This document shows positions 9,689 to 20,956 of a stretch of DNA of 64,000 bases, in pieces. Under the pieces are notes generated by a model. That model saw only the letters and a program-made list of their open reading frames with translations. It did not search any database and was not told where the DNA came from. The DNA comes from an uncultured Gammaproteobacteria bacterium (lineage in GTDB: Bacteria; Patescibacteriota; Patescibacteriia; UBA9934), in contig CAZTKG010000004.1 in the NCBI GenBank assembly GCA_964613815.1, positions 25,892 through 89,891 of the forward strand. Direction: 5' to 3'. The position numbers and the translations under genes are program-made. Numbering within the stretch: position 1 is the stretch's first letter; the number at the start of each line of letters is the position of its first letter.

Positions 9689-12019
9689 TTATTCTACAGG
9701 CTCAATCGGTTCAATATCATCAACCACATCATCACCAGCTCGCAATCGATCAAGCCGCTGCAAAACCGCCGTATCATCCGGATTCAACGTCTGCACAACC
9801 TCAACCTCCGCAATCGCTCGATCAATATCCCCACGATCTTCATAAATAGAAGAAAGATACCACCGCGCATTACTATAATACGGAGAAATCTCAATCACCC
9901 GCACAAACTCAGCCTCAGCCTCATCAACCTTTCCTTGCTGTAAATACAGAAGCCCAAGCTGGAACCCAACCCCAACATCCTGAGGATTCGCAAGGCGCAA
10001 CGTTTCAAGTCGAGAAACCGCCTCCGAAAGATTTCCCTGCCGAGAATAAGCAAGGGCTAAATAATAAAACGCAGGAGCATAATCCCCCTTCAATGCAAGC
10101 GCACTACCCAAAACCTCAACCGCCCGATCAAGCGCAGCTCCTCGCTCTTCAATTGCCCCTCGAGCAAAATCCTCATCCTCACTCGTCGCATAAACCGCAA
10201 GCTGATCAGCACGAATCAAATGCGCCCGCCCAAGCGCAACATAATACTTCGGATTCTGCGGAGAAAGCGCCACCGCCTCCTCATAAGCCGCGATAGCAAA
10301 CAAATCAGCATCAGCAACCACACTCGCAACATCTCGATAAACATCTCCAAGCGTGGACCAGTTCACGACATTATTAGGCGAAAGCTCCACACTTTTCTGC
10401 CCAGAAGAAATCGCAAGACCCACGACATCACGAAGCACATTCGGAGCCATCACCCCTTCCGAAACTTCCGTCGCGGCAAGTAAGTACGCGTGACTCAAAT
10501 TCCGATAATACGCATCATTCCATCGATTAAACCGAACCGCATCCTGCAAATAAGCAATAACCTCTTCCTTCTCAGCTCCTGCACTATCCGCACTAATCGC
10601 TCGAGCAAAAGAAATTTCCGCCGCATAACGAGAACTCGTCATAAACAAAAGCGTCACCACCCCAACCGACACGATCATAAATCCAAGCGATACGCCAAGT
10701 GCCATGCGAGGACTCCGTCTAAAGGCAATCACACGCTCCTTAGCAGGCAACCGACTCATCAAAAACGCAGACAAAAACCAAAACACAAACCCGAGCGTCA
10801 AATTCGAAGAATAGACAACCATCGCAAACATCAAAACCGCCCACCCGGAAAGCCCAATAACCGCAAGCATCCACTCCCGATCATCCCGCTCCCGAAACAC
10901 ATGCATAAGCGTCTCCCCAAGCAAAAATCCAACAAACAACAAAAACAACCCAACACCAACAATTCCCATCGTAGAAACAAGCGTGAACAAATGACTCACA
11001 CTCCGATCAAACCGCACATCCCAAAGCGCGGTAGAATTCACCTCCGCCACATGATGCTTCGCATAATCAATCACATACGTCCCAGGTCCAGACCCAAACA
11101 GCCATCCAAAGTCTCGAAGCGATTCCTCAGCAACATGCCAACTAGCTCCATAAGAAGGCGAAACCTCCGCCGGAAGCACTCCAGAAAGCGGCGAATCAAT
11201 AAACAAAAACAAAAGTGAAACAACAAACAGCACCATCACCGCCACAAGCCGACGAACCTCATCAAACACCCGCGGACGAATAAACCCAAACACGAACATA
11301 CACCCAAGACCAACAAGCACACTCATCCAAACAACCCAATAATCAAGCGCAAGCGCAACCAAAACAAACCCCAAAATCGAAATCCACATCAACCCTTTCT
11401 GCAAAACCCCCTTCCATCCCTCCGCAACTAAAACACCAACAGAATCATCACGAGACAAAACAAACACACCTCCAGCAATCACCGCCATGCAACCCAAATA
11501 CAACCCAAGCGCATGCGGTGTTCCAATCAAATTAAAAACTTCACCGCCAGAAAACACACCAAAAATCGAAACCAATCCAACGATTCCCGCGCCTCCAAAC
11601 AACGACCCAAAAAACGGCACCAAACTCTCCTCATCCCGAAGCATCCGAGCACCAACCAAAAACACCACCAAATAAGCAGCGATCGTCAAAAAACTCGTAT
11701 ATTCCTGCATCCCCTGACCAATAAAACTCGTCACCGGAGCAAGAGAAAATAACGAAGAAATCAAAACTCCAAGCCCAAACAACTTCGCAAGAACAATCAA
11801 ATTCAATTTCCAAACCCGAACCTTCTTCTCCAAAACCGACCCAGCCAAACTCCCGAGAAGTGCAAACAATCCAAAAACAAGCAAAACCGTCTGCTTATTA
11901 ATCTCCAAAGGATCCGTCGTCCAAGGCAAGTAAACAATTGGAATCAAAAAAACCAAAACAAAAATCGAATACCGCGAAAGAGAAGCAAAAAGCCTCTCAA
12001 AAGAAACACGAGTGTTCAT
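9689..12019 (-). CDS. O-antigen ligase-like (Wzy_C/WaaL family) polytopic membrane protein with C-terminal TPR repeats
   Basis: About 440 aa of multi-TM N-terminal region followed by tetratricopeptide-like repeats (A-x-x-Y-Y-x-L-A motifs). Confidence 0.6.
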   Translation of the reverse strand: MNTRVSFERLFASLSRYSIFVLVFLIPIVYLPWTTDPLEINKQTVLLVFGLFALLGSLAGSVLEKKVRVWKLNLIVLAKLFGLGVLISSLFSLAPVTSFIGQGMQEYTSFLTIAAYLVVFLVGARMLRDEESLVPFFGSLFGGAGIVGLVSIFGVFSGGEVFNLIGTPHALGLYLGCMAVIAGGVFVLSRDDSVGVLVAEGWKGVLQKGLMWISILGFVLVALALDYWVVWMSVLVGLGCMFVFGFIRPRVFDEVRRLVAVMVLFVVSLLFLFIDSPLSGVLPAEVSPSYGASWHVAEESLRDFGWLFGSGPGTYVIDYAKHHVAEVNSTALWDVRFDRSVSHLFTLVSTMGIVGVGLFLLFVGFLLGETLMHVFRERDDREWMLAVIGLSGWAVLMFAMVVYSSNLTLGFVFWFLSAFLMSRLPAKERVIAFRRSPRMALGVSLGFMIVSVGVVTLLFMTSSRYAAEISFARAISADSAGAEKEEVIAYLQDAVRFNRWNDAYYRNLSHAYLLAATEVSEGVMAPNVLRDVVGLAISSGQKSVELSPNNVVNWSTLGDVYRDVASVVADADLFAIAAYEEAVALSPQNPKYYVALGRAHLIRADQLAVYATSEDEDFARGAIEERGAALDRAVEVLGSALALKGDYAPAFYYLALAYSRQGNLSEAVSRLETLRLANPQDVGVGFQLGLLYLQQGKVDEAEAEFVRVIEISPYYSNARWYLSSIYEDRGDIDRAIAEVEVVQTLNPDDTAVLQRLDRLRAGDDVVDDIEPIEPVE

Positions 12020-12039
12020 GTAAAAAATTACGAGCTAAT

Positions 12040-15000
12040 TTACAAAGCTATAGTAGCACCCTCATCAGAAACCTGCTCTACCTCATCAACAATCTCCGGA
12101 GCAAGAACCTCAATCACAGGCTCATCAGCACCTTCAGAATCAACATCTTCAACCACATCAACCTCCTCTTCTACAAGAATCTCCTCAACCTCAGAATCAA
12201 CCACAATCTGCCCATCATCAGAAACCTCATCTTGAACACCAACCTCTTCTACAGGCTCTTCTTCCAAAATCTCCTCAAGAACCTCAACCTCTTCAACCAT
12301 CTCTTCATCAACAATCTCCTCATCCGCCTCCGGATCAAACACCGGCGCATAATCCTTATGATAAGCCACAACCATCCAATCAACCTTCGCATCACTATCC
12401 GTCTCAACCTCCTGAATCACAAACCCTCCATTATCCCGATCCCGAACATACAACTGCCCAGTCACAGAATCCGCCGTCAAAAACACACGATAATCATGAA
12501 CATTAGAAATCACATCATTAAACAAAGGATCAACCCGATCAAAATCAACACGAGCAAATCCATCCTTCAAATCAGACGTCCCAGACAAACTCACCGTCGC
12601 CTCACGAGAAAGCGCAGCATAGGTCTCCACATCTTCCCCTTGATAAGACTCAACAATCTGCACAATCTGCCCTTCAGTCGTAAAGTTCCCATTCTCATCA
12701 ATCGCCCAAGAAGTCCCAATCCCACTAATCGACCCAACAGAAATCACAGAACCTCCAGCGACATTCATATCAGTCGTATTCAAATCCGCAACAGCAACCA
12801 CAGAAGAAACCGCACTCACATCATCATCCGCATCAAAATACGAAACACGCACAAAACTCACAATAGACCCTTCTCCACCCTCATGAGCCTCCATCGCATA
12901 TCCCAAAATCACCCCACTCTCCGTCGCCTTCATCGCATACCCAGCCTTCGAAGATGTCGTAATAGGATCCCCGACCGCAATCGCCCCATTCTCATCCGTC
13001 ACAAGCGTTGGCACACGCCCAGCAAGCGCCACGGCAAAATGCCCCTCAATGTTCTCACCAGCGACAAACCCCGGCCGCGTAGAAATCACACCAACCGACG
13101 CCTTGTCATACACATCCCCATCAGACCGTTTCACACTCTCATCACCCCCCGCAAACACCACAACCTCTCCAGCCTGCAAATCATCATCAGACGGGAACAT
13201 CTCCGCAAAATCATAAGACCCAGTTCCCCATCCACCAGCATTCGTCCGCATCAAATCACCACCAGGCCCAGAAGAACCATCATAATAAATATACTTATCC
13301 GTCTGCATCACGCCCCTATCAGACGGATACAACCGACCCGCAAGTGCCAAATCGCCAGACTGATTCACATACGCAACCTCACTCCCAGCCGTATCAAGAA
13401 CCGACAACCGATAATCAGAAACCGTATCCACCTGCACCAAAAGTCCCATATCAACATCCTGCACAACCGACCCATCAAAACCAGAACCACGAAGCGTAAA
13501 CAAATTCGAATCAACACCGACATCACCAGCACTCGCCATGCCAGATGAGGCAATCTGCAAGTCTGTCAAAATAGACGTCGCGCTACCATCCTCCACAATC
13601 ACATCAACCGCCTGCCACTTAGGCTGCACAAACACCATGATCGTCCCATCGCCGCTTGAATGACCTTCAAGCGCTCGCCCAAGAACATACCCAGCTCCAG
13701 TAGCCTTTCTAGCCACGCCAGCCTCACTCGCAAGCGCCAAATAATCACCAGCAACAATCGCCCCACCGTCATCCGTCACATTCACAGGAACTTGCCCCAA
13801 AAGCGCCACCGGAACCGCATCCCCATCCGCACGCCAACCATCACGCCAGTTACCCAAAACATTCGGGGCGATCGAAAGAGCTCCAATCACCCGATCTGCA
13901 TCAATCGCTTTCACAATTTGCCCAGCCGCATTAAGCGCAACCACATCCCCTTCTGCAAAATCAGCATAAACTCCAGGGAAAAGCTCCGCATAGTCACTAC
14001 CAGAACTCGCATTTGTCACACCTCCAGCCCCATCTCCCTCAACCGCACCAACCGTCGTCCCATTCCCATCCCGAAACAGAATAAAATCACAATCAGAACT
14101 AGGATTCGTATCTTCACAAGCCGAAATACTAATTCCATCCTGGTCACTCGTATCCCCATCATTCGAAAGCTCCATAATAAACGCATCCGTCTCGGCATTA
14201 ATATCCACCGCCGAACCATTCGAAGAAACAGCCTGGTTCACCTGAAGTCCAATCGCATCATTTCCCGTATTCTCCATATTCACAACCAAAGCAGTCGCAT
14301 TTCCATCCTGATTCAACCGCAACACAGAAGAATCAAACAAAGAATTGTCAGCCGTAAACGCAACAAGCGGCTCCTCAGAATCCCCATCTTCATTCGTATA
14401 AACCGTCAAACCGTAATCCTGATTCCCCGTATTTGTAATATGAAGCGCTCCCCCAGCCGTGTCATCAAACGTAGATCCTGTATTCCCATTCTGATCCACA
14501 AAAACACCACTACCCGTTCCAGAAGAAGCAATATGAACAACATGTCCACTCGCACTCGCATAATTCTGATCAACTTCCAAAATGCTAGAAGAATCCGTAA
14601 CCGTTCCCGCCGTAATAGCCATCGAATTCTCAAGACTCAAAATCGACCCTGTCACCGTCATCGTTTCACCACCAGCATTCATTCCAAGCGTTCGCGTAAT
14701 AGGAACCGTATCTCCACTAACCGTATGTGTCGTCGTATGTGTTCCGCTCTGATAAATCTCAAGCATCTTCGCAGAAGTATAATCAGCAGAAGAAGTCGTA
14801 ATCGACAAACCAATCCCGCTCGTCAACGCATCAACACTAAGCGACTGCCCAAATCCAGACATAACCGTATCCGCAAGAACATTAAACGCCGCACTATTCG
14901 TCACCCCAGACGTATACGTAATCTGAGAATCATCAGCAATCGTCAGTAAGTCACTCCCATTATCCTGAATCAAAAAGTCTCCAGTACTATCCAAATTAAA

Positions 15001-16641
15001 CGTAATATTATTCGTCCCCATCGCTAGCGAAGTAGAAGCATCCAAACTAAGCGTATCGCTTAACTCAGAAAAATCTAAACAATCCGTACAATACAAATCT
15101 CCAACCTCAACATCTCCCTCCACATAAAGATCACCCGCCCCAGTCGCATTCGTCGGCGAATCCGGAGTCGAATCAGCTTCAATATGAACTGCCGATCCAC
15201 TAAAATAACCTGCAAAATTAGCTGTCCCACCACTCGCTTGAGCAAAAACTCCATATCGATTTGTCCCCTCAGAAATAGCATCAAACCGCCCTCCATAAGC
15301 CGTTCCAATACTTCCACCACCCGATTCAACGCTACCCAAAACCCCAAAAGCACTCGTCAATGTTCCACTAGAAGTAACCGCAAGTCCCTCAAGTCCAGCT
15401 GCAGTCGTCACAATCCCAGAACCATCATGCATCGCAGATCCAATCACGCCACGCAAAGAATTCGCCGCATTTGATCCGGAGATACGACCAATCCCCTTAA
15501 ACCCAGTAAAATTGTAAACATTCCCATCCGGATCAACACTACTAGTCACATACACAAATCCTCCATAATCACTCCGATCATCAGTCAACGTACCAGTAAA
15601 TTCCCCAGAAGAATCTCCATCAATCAAAAACTGCGATTGAGAAGCCACCGGACTCGTCTGGTCAGTAAAAGCCGAAATCCCACCAAATTCAAGCCCCCCA
15701 CCAGTCAAAACCAACCGATCGTCCGTCGTGTACGTCAGCGTCCCTTCATCCGCATCAGAAGCATTAAGCACAATCACCGCATTCGCCGTCGACCCAGTCC
15801 CAACCTCAATCTGATTCGCGCTCACATCCACCGCAAACGCCGCACTCGCAACCGTAGACCCCCCAATCGCCAAATCATCTGTCGTGCTCGTCAAATAACT
15901 CACCGTCCCCCCATCAGTCCAAAGCAAATCCCCGCTATAAGCCACCGTCCCATCCGCATCCTGAAACGTAATCACCCGATCAGCCGTAGGATCCGTAAAC
16001 GTAAAACTCGTCTCAAAATCATCATCAGTAGCCCCTTCAAACACCAGAGGACTTCCATCCCCCATCACCGCTCCAGAAAAATCATAAACCCCCGTAGCCG
16101 TCTGCGTCCCATCAAGCTGCAACAAATTACTAGAATCAATCCCATCAACCGTCTCCGCATTGAGCGCATAAGGCGCCGCAAGCAGCTGCTTCCGCGGCGT
16201 CAACGTCTCACTCTCAATGTAAACCTGCAAATAAATCGCCGCATTATCGCCAAAAACACTATCCGCAATCGCCGCATAAGGACTCACATCCCCCGTATCA
16301 CCAAGCTGCTCAGAAAAAAGCCCATTCGTCAGCGTCACCGTCCGAGCAACAGTCGAGGCCGGCGTATTCGTGTCACAATTCGCAGAAGAGTTAGACCAAA
16401 CACACGTCCCCCCAGTCAAAGCATCATAAAGCTCAAACTTCATACTAGCCGTAGAACTAGCAATCGGCGTCGAATTCGTATTCAAAACCCGCCCCTGATA
16501 CCCAATAATATTCGGCGCACTAGCAGCACCCACAAAACCCGCCCCCTGCAACTGCACCCCAAACAAAAAAGCAACCAAAACAAGTATCGCAAACCCACTT
16601 GCGACCCGCCTTAGTCGATATAATAAAAACTCCTTTTCCAT
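12040..16641 (-). CDS. giant (1533 aa) secreted/cell-surface protein, tail-fibre-like repeats, acidic C-terminal tail
   Basis: N-terminal signal/TM. N-terminal block I-I-G-Y-Q-G-R-V-L-N-T-N...F-E-L-Y-D-A-L-T-G-G and A-E-T-V-D-G-I-D-S-S-N-L motif. Two copies of a ~90-aa G-x-V-P-x-L-V-T-D-x-G-A-I-x-x-G-D...K-A-T-x-x-G-x-x-L-G module. C-terminal Glu/Val/Asp-rich tail. Confidence 0.6.
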   Translation of the reverse strand: MEKEFLLYRLRRVASGFAILVLVAFLFGVQLQGAGFVGAASAPNIIGYQGRVLNTNSTPIASSTASMKFELYDALTGGTCVWSNSSANCDTNTPASTVARTVTLTNGLFSEQLGDTGDVSPYAAIADSVFGDNAAIYLQVYIESETLTPRKQLLAAPYALNAETVDGIDSSNLLQLDGTQTATGVYDFSGAVMGDGSPLVFEGATDDDFETSFTFTDPTADRVITFQDADGTVAYSGDLLWTDGGTVSYLTSTTDDLAIGGSTVASAAFAVDVSANQIEVGTGSTANAVIVLNASDADEGTLTYTTDDRLVLTGGGLEFGGISAFTDQTSPVASQSQFLIDGDSSGEFTGTLTDDRSDYGGFVYVTSSVDPDGNVYNFTGFKGIGRISGSNAANSLRGVIGSAMHDGSGIVTTAAGLEGLAVTSSGTLTSAFGVLGSVESGGGSIGTAYGGRFDAISEGTNRYGVFAQASGGTANFAGYFSGSAVHIEADSTPDSPTNATGAGDLYVEGDVEVGDLYCTDCLDFSELSDTLSLDASTSLAMGTNNITFNLDSTGDFLIQDNGSDLLTIADDSQITYTSGVTNSAAFNVLADTVMSGFGQSLSVDALTSGIGLSITTSSADYTSAKMLEIYQSGTHTTTHTVSGDTVPITRTLGMNAGGETMTVTGSILSLENSMAITAGTVTDSSSILEVDQNYASASGHVVHIASSGTGSGVFVDQNGNTGSTFDDTAGGALHITNTGNQDYGLTVYTNEDGDSEEPLVAFTADNSLFDSSVLRLNQDGNATALVVNMENTGNDAIGLQVNQAVSSNGSAVDINAETDAFIMELSNDGDTSDQDGISISACEDTNPSSDCDFILFRDGNGTTVGAVEGDGAGGVTNASSGSDYAELFPGVYADFAEGDVVALNAAGQIVKAIDADRVIGALSIAPNVLGNWRDGWRADGDAVPVALLGQVPVNVTDDGGAIVAGDYLALASEAGVARKATGAGYVLGRALEGHSSGDGTIMVFVQPKWQAVDVIVEDGSATSILTDLQIASSGMASAGDVGVDSNLFTLRGSGFDGSVVQDVDMGLLVQVDTVSDYRLSVLDTAGSEVAYVNQSGDLALAGRLYPSDRGVMQTDKYIYYDGSSGPGGDLMRTNAGGWGTGSYDFAEMFPSDDDLQAGEVVVFAGGDESVKRSDGDVYDKASVGVISTRPGFVAGENIEGHFAVALAGRVPTLVTDENGAIAVGDPITTSSKAGYAMKATESGVILGYAMEAHEGGEGSIVSFVRVSYFDADDDVSAVSSVVAVADLNTTDMNVAGGSVISVGSISGIGTSWAIDENGNFTTEGQIVQIVESYQGEDVETYAALSREATVSLSGTSDLKDGFARVDFDRVDPLFNDVISNVHDYRVFLTADSVTGQLYVRDRDNGGFVIQEVETDSDAKVDWMVVAYHKDYAPVFDPEADEEIVDEEMVEEVEVLEEILEEEPVEEVGVQDEVSDDGQIVVDSEVEEILVEEEVDVVEDVDSEGADEPVIEVLAPEIVDEVEQVSDEGATIAL

Positions 16642-17110
16642 AAGCTGAAATCTGGAAAGAAAAACTTCTACCCAGAAACCAACCTACAGACAAAATTATA
16701 TCACACACGCCCCATCAAGCACCGATAACTACACACATTGACAAACAAGCAAAATTATGCCAATATATTTCAGATTCAAACAAAGGAATCTCGGAGCCTA
16801 TCATGCCCGCAAATCTCGAAAACATCTCCATCCGCACACACCATACAGCCGAATTAAACCACAGAGCATTCATTATCATAATGATGGCCATCCTGATGAC
16901 CGCCCTCATCGCACACCCACCGTTCACCGGCAAAGGAATTCCGCTCATGGCATGCGCTGCAATCTGCATCCTGAACTGCCTCAACTACGGATATCACAGA
17001 AGAGAGCTCAAAAAAGCCACCCCGGCCAACCATCCCGTCTAACTCGCCAACCAGCGAGTCATTTTTTTTCAAAACGCTTCTCAACTCTTCCACCCCTCCC
17101 CCTCTCTCTC

Positions 17111-17152
17111 CTTGATACAAAAGTGGTCCGTACGGACCACTTTTGTATCAAG
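17111..17152. repeat. 42-bp perfect palindrome CTTGATACAAAAGTGGTCCGTACGGACCACTTTTGTATCAAG
   Basis: Read directly; lies just 3' of the stop of the minus-strand gene 17172..19859. Confidence 0.9.
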
Positions 17153-17171
17153 CAAAATATCAAAATCCCAA

Positions 17172-19859
17172 CTAAGCCCCACCTTTCTGCAACCGCACAT
17201 CCACCGAAATCGGCGCCGGCTCCGTATTCGCCGTGTAATCAATCGGCCGCACTTCTTTCTTTGCAAACCCAGGCTTCTCAAACGTCACATAATACTCATT
17301 CGGCCCCACAAAAAACGCATACCGCCCTTTCTTATCAGACAACGTCGTCTCAATAAGCTTATTAAACTTCGGCTCAAACAACCGAACCACCGCATCCTTA
17401 ACCGGCTTCTTCTCCCCAGCCCAAACCATCCCCCACCCACGCTTCTGCTTCGGCCGAATCAAGTAAAACGTCACCCCCAAAACCCCAACCTGGAACCCAA
17501 ACAACAACTGTGTCACGAGCGTCGGATCAACAAACAACACAAATCCACTCAATCCCAATCCCGTCACCGAAACAACGTACTGAAGCACCCGCATAAACCG
17601 CTTCAAAGAAGCCTTCCGAGACCCAACGGCCCCCTCAACCTGCGCCGGATCAACAGGAATATTCGCCGCAATCACCGCATTCGCATCTGTCACCTCAACT
17701 TCTCCCCCATCATAAACATCCAAATACTGCCCATCCGCCTTCCGTCCCTTCACATACGCAGACGGCGAACGAAACCCTTGCTTCAAAACCTCCATCCGAT
17801 ACCGCCCATTATCAACCTTAAAGAAATACCGCCCCTCCTGATCTGTCACCATCGTTTTCACCAACTTCCCATCCGCGACATTAAACAACCGAACAATAGC
17901 CAAATCCACCGGCATCTTCGTCATCGAGTTGTACACGAGCCCAAACGTCTTCCGCTTCCGCCGAGCAAAAAACAAAATCGGTGACGTGAAGAAATATTGC
18001 AAAAATGGAAGCAATTGGAACGAACTCGTCAAAACAACCGCGCTCCCCACAGACGTCGCCACAACAACCGGCGTAGAAACCGTCGCCGCCACTTGAACCT
18101 CCGGCACCTCCCGAATCTCCTCAACAATCTGAGCCACATCATCAACAATTTCCTCAACAACCGCTACAGCAGCCTCCGGCACAATCACCTCCGCGATAGG
18201 CAAAGCCTCCGTAATCGCCTCAAAAACCGCCCCAACAACATCCTGCTCCACCATCTTAATCCGCGGCGCCAAAACCCCATGCGTCACCCGAATTTCAACC
18301 GAAGCATCATCAAAATCCACCTTCCCAGCCGTCACCCTATAAAGCCCATCAGGGACATACCAACCAACACCCCCACCAGAACTCGTCATCACAGGATTCG
18401 CTTGCCCATCAATCGCAACCCAAGGCGTCCAACTCCCGCCTTCATACACATATGCAATCACCGTAACCCCATCAAGCGGCTCCACCCCCTCTTCCCCATC
18501 AACATAAACAAGCCCTATCGAAGTTCGAATATCAAAATCCTCCGTCACCTGACGGCCATCATCAAACGCAACAACAACCTCCAAATCAAAACCAACATCA
18601 CCAATATCAATCGCCCCAACAAACGCCCCATCAACCTCCTCAAGCACAATCACCTCCCCGCCAGCCTCAACAACAGCCGAATCAACCTCATCCGCATCCT
18701 CCACCCGAACAACGACCTCAACCTCCCGCTCACCAAGAACATAAAAACTATCCCCCTCAGCATCAATAACGGCTTCACCAACAATCAAATCAACCCCTTC
18801 AATATCAACCCCATCAGAAGAACCACGAGATCCACCACCGTCAGACCCCCCAGATGATCCAGACGAACCTGAAGACCCTCCAGACGACCCACTCGACGAT
18901 CCAGACCCACTACTTCCACCCCCATCTCCGCTCCCACTATCACTACCAGACCCACCATCTGACCCCCCACCATCACCTCCGCCATCAGATCCACCAGAAT
19001 CCCCCCCACTTTCAGAACCTCCATCACTACCACCCCCCTCATCACCTCCACCCTCATCACCCGAATCGCCATCACCACCTTCATCAGAACCCTCACCATC
19101 ACCTTCTCCATCACCAGAATCCCCTTCATCCCCCGAATCACCTTCATCACCACTATCACCTTCTTCATCACCAGAATCATCACCAGAATCATCTCCAGAA
19201 TCATCACCATCACCACTATCACCATCCCCATCAGAATCACCGCCACCATCACCTCCTCCATCACCACCGACCCCACCTCCACCTCCGCCGCCACCGCTAG
19301 AAGGCACCGTAGCCGAAACCTGCCCATCATCATCACTCACCACAGGCACAGGTACCGTCCCAGAATCCCCAAAAGTCCCTGCCAACGCCAAATAATACGT
19401 CCCAATCGAAGAAGGATTCGTCACCTGATTCGACCCAGATCCGCTCGCCGTCGCATTCGCCCCAACCTCAATCGTCACCTCACTCGCAGCCGCCACCGCC
19501 CCACCGTCACCACTACACCAAGTCAGCGTCAGAACACTCGAAGCCATCACCACACTCACCGCCTCACTCCCGCTACAGTCCGCCGCCGTACTCAAATCCA
19601 CTCCATCGTCCGCCACATCAACATCATCCTCAACAACAGAACTCGTCGTAAATCCAGAAGGAAACGTCAACGTCAACGTCTCCCCTTCAGCAACCCCTCC
19701 AGGCGTCGTAAAAACAACCAAATGATTAGACCCCGTGCTCGTCTTAAGCGAACTCGGCCGATCATAAACACTCGTCACCGTCGCCGCCTCTACCCAAAAA
19801 CCGCTCATCGAAAAGCAAATGAGCAATGCAAAAATAAATGAAAACACCCTCCGCAACAT
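17172..19859 (-). CDS. large surface protein with Gly/Asp/Ser-rich low-complexity tract and carboxypeptidase-regulatory-like (transthyretin-fold) repeats
   Basis: Signal peptide. ~180-aa G/D/S/E low-complexity region. Three V-R-L-F-x...D-x-x-G-R-Y-x-F-x-V-x-x-G-x-Y repeats. Hydrophobic segments between them. Confidence 0.6.
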   Translation of the reverse strand: MLRRVFSFIFALLICFSMSGFWVEAATVTSVYDRPSSLKTSTGSNHLVVFTTPGGVAEGETLTLTFPSGFTTSSVVEDDVDVADDGVDLSTAADCSGSEAVSVVMASSVLTLTWCSGDGGAVAAASEVTIEVGANATASGSGSNQVTNPSSIGTYYLALAGTFGDSGTVPVPVVSDDDGQVSATVPSSGGGGGGGGVGGDGGGDGGGDSDGDGDSGDGDDSGDDSGDDSGDEEGDSGDEGDSGDEGDSGDGEGDGEGSDEGGDGDSGDEGGGDEGGGSDGGSESGGDSGGSDGGGDGGGSDGGSGSDSGSGDGGGSSGSGSSSGSSGGSSGSSGSSGGSDGGGSRGSSDGVDIEGVDLIVGEAVIDAEGDSFYVLGEREVEVVVRVEDADEVDSAVVEAGGEVIVLEEVDGAFVGAIDIGDVGFDLEVVVAFDDGRQVTEDFDIRTSIGLVYVDGEEGVEPLDGVTVIAYVYEGGSWTPWVAIDGQANPVMTSSGGGVGWYVPDGLYRVTAGKVDFDDASVEIRVTHGVLAPRIKMVEQDVVGAVFEAITEALPIAEVIVPEAAVAVVEEIVDDVAQIVEEIREVPEVQVAATVSTPVVVATSVGSAVVLTSSFQLLPFLQYFFTSPILFFARRKRKTFGLVYNSMTKMPVDLAIVRLFNVADGKLVKTMVTDQEGRYFFKVDNGRYRMEVLKQGFRSPSAYVKGRKADGQYLDVYDGGEVEVTDANAVIAANIPVDPAQVEGAVGSRKASLKRFMRVLQYVVSVTGLGLSGFVLFVDPTLVTQLLFGFQVGVLGVTFYLIRPKQKRGWGMVWAGEKKPVKDAVVRLFEPKFNKLIETTLSDKKGRYAFFVGPNEYYVTFEKPGFAKKEVRPIDYTANTEPAPISVDVRLQKGGA

Positions 19860-19868
19860 GAATCTCCG

Positions 19869-20861
19869 TTATCGAGATTGAAAAAAACGCACACAAACGA
19901 TCGATCCTCCAAGTAAAACACTAATCAAAAGCAGTACACGCCACGGCACCATCACAATATGAATGGCATCAATCGGCATCACCGCTCCATCAATCGATGT
20001 CCGCAAATCAGGCTTAACACGAAACAGCCCAATCATACCAAGAGAAACTTCTCGCTTCAGCCCATCAAAAAACCCATCAGGACTCCCAGAAGCCTCCCCC
20101 TGCACCCATTGTAATCCGAATTCCCTCTCACCTCCAGGCAGAACCCGATGCAAATGTGCATTAAATGGAAGCCGCGCCCGTTCCTGACCAAACAAATTCT
20201 CTATCACAATAGTCCCATAAGGCTGCAAAACCTGCTCCCCAGAATTCCTCACATCAAGCAAAATATCAACCGGCTTCACAGATGTCATCACAGGCGTTGC
20301 CAAAAACTCCGTCACACCATACCCCTGCACCAACCGTTCCCCATCAATCGTCAAAAACACAAGCGGCATCACCCCAGACTGCACCGTCACTCCCCCTCCT
20401 CGTTCTTCAAGCTCCTCCACAATCTTCACCCCAAATGAATAAACCCCAGGCTGAACCCCCTCAAAAGGCCCCATCGCAACCAAAACCTCCGTTTCCTCAC
20501 CAGGGTCAAGAAAAAAAGCTTCAGTAGAAATCAAAATCTGCTCCAAAACCCCCTCCGGAAACTCCCCATCCATCAAATCCCCCCCAGCCAAAACCTCCGC
20601 AGCATCCACCGGCACCAAAGAAACCGTATAAACCCGAGAATACACAGAATTATTAGCAACAAAAAAAGACCGCTCCGCCCCAAACCCCTCTTCAACCTCC
20701 ACATCCTCCACAAGCGGAGATGCCGTAACAGCAAAACAAACATTAAAACCTGCAAAAAACAAAAAACAACTACCAAGCATCACAACAATCCCCAAACCAA
20801 ATCGCTCCAAAAAAACTGACATAAACATGCAAAAAGTATAACACGCTACGCTCAAACACAT
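19869..20861 (-). CDS. hypothetical exported protein with C-terminal TM anchor (start uncertain)
   Basis: Hydrophobic N-terminus and C-terminal helix followed by a basic tail. Sits in the surface-protein block. Confidence 0.45.
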   Translation of the reverse strand: MCLSVACYTFCMFMSVFLERFGLGIVVMLGSCFLFFAGFNVCFAVTASPLVEDVEVEEGFGAERSFFVANNSVYSRVYTVSLVPVDAAEVLAGGDLMDGEFPEGVLEQILISTEAFFLDPGEETEVLVAMGPFEGVQPGVYSFGVKIVEELEERGGGVTVQSGVMPLVFLTIDGERLVQGYGVTEFLATPVMTSVKPVDILLDVRNSGEQVLQPYGTIVIENLFGQERARLPFNAHLHRVLPGGEREFGLQWVQGEASGSPDGFFDGLKREVSLGMIGLFRVKPDLRTSIDGAVMPIDAIHIVMVPWRVLLLISVLLGGSIVCVRFFQSR

Positions 20862-20902
20862 TGATACAAAAATGGTCCGTACGGATCACGCCTCATACAA
20901 AG
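20861..20902. repeat. degenerate copy of the 42-48 bp palindrome
   Basis: TTGATACAAAAATGGTCCGTACGGATCACG... keeps the left half-site; the right half is decayed. Confidence 0.6.
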
Positions 20903-20956
20903 AGAAACTTTTATAAAAAACAAAAACGGTAAATATTGGCAAATATTATGAATATC

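Noticed and set aside
435-19300. Many long six-frame ORFs with Pro/His/Arg/Thr/Asn/Lys-rich low-complexity translations (e.g. 435..998, 1613..2356, 4057..4770, 10490..11218, 11938..13548, 13660..14949, 15637..16614, 17112..17984, 17997..18857, 18854..19300, 34128..35402)
   Set aside because: They are antisense or out-of-frame artefacts of the extreme C/A richness of the + strand. They overlap well-supported genes that have recognisable motifs, and they lack RBS or start context.
18854-19300. His-rich ORF (poly-H-x-H)
   Set aside because: It is the antisense of the Gly/Asp/Ser-rich low-complexity tract of the 895-aa surface protein.
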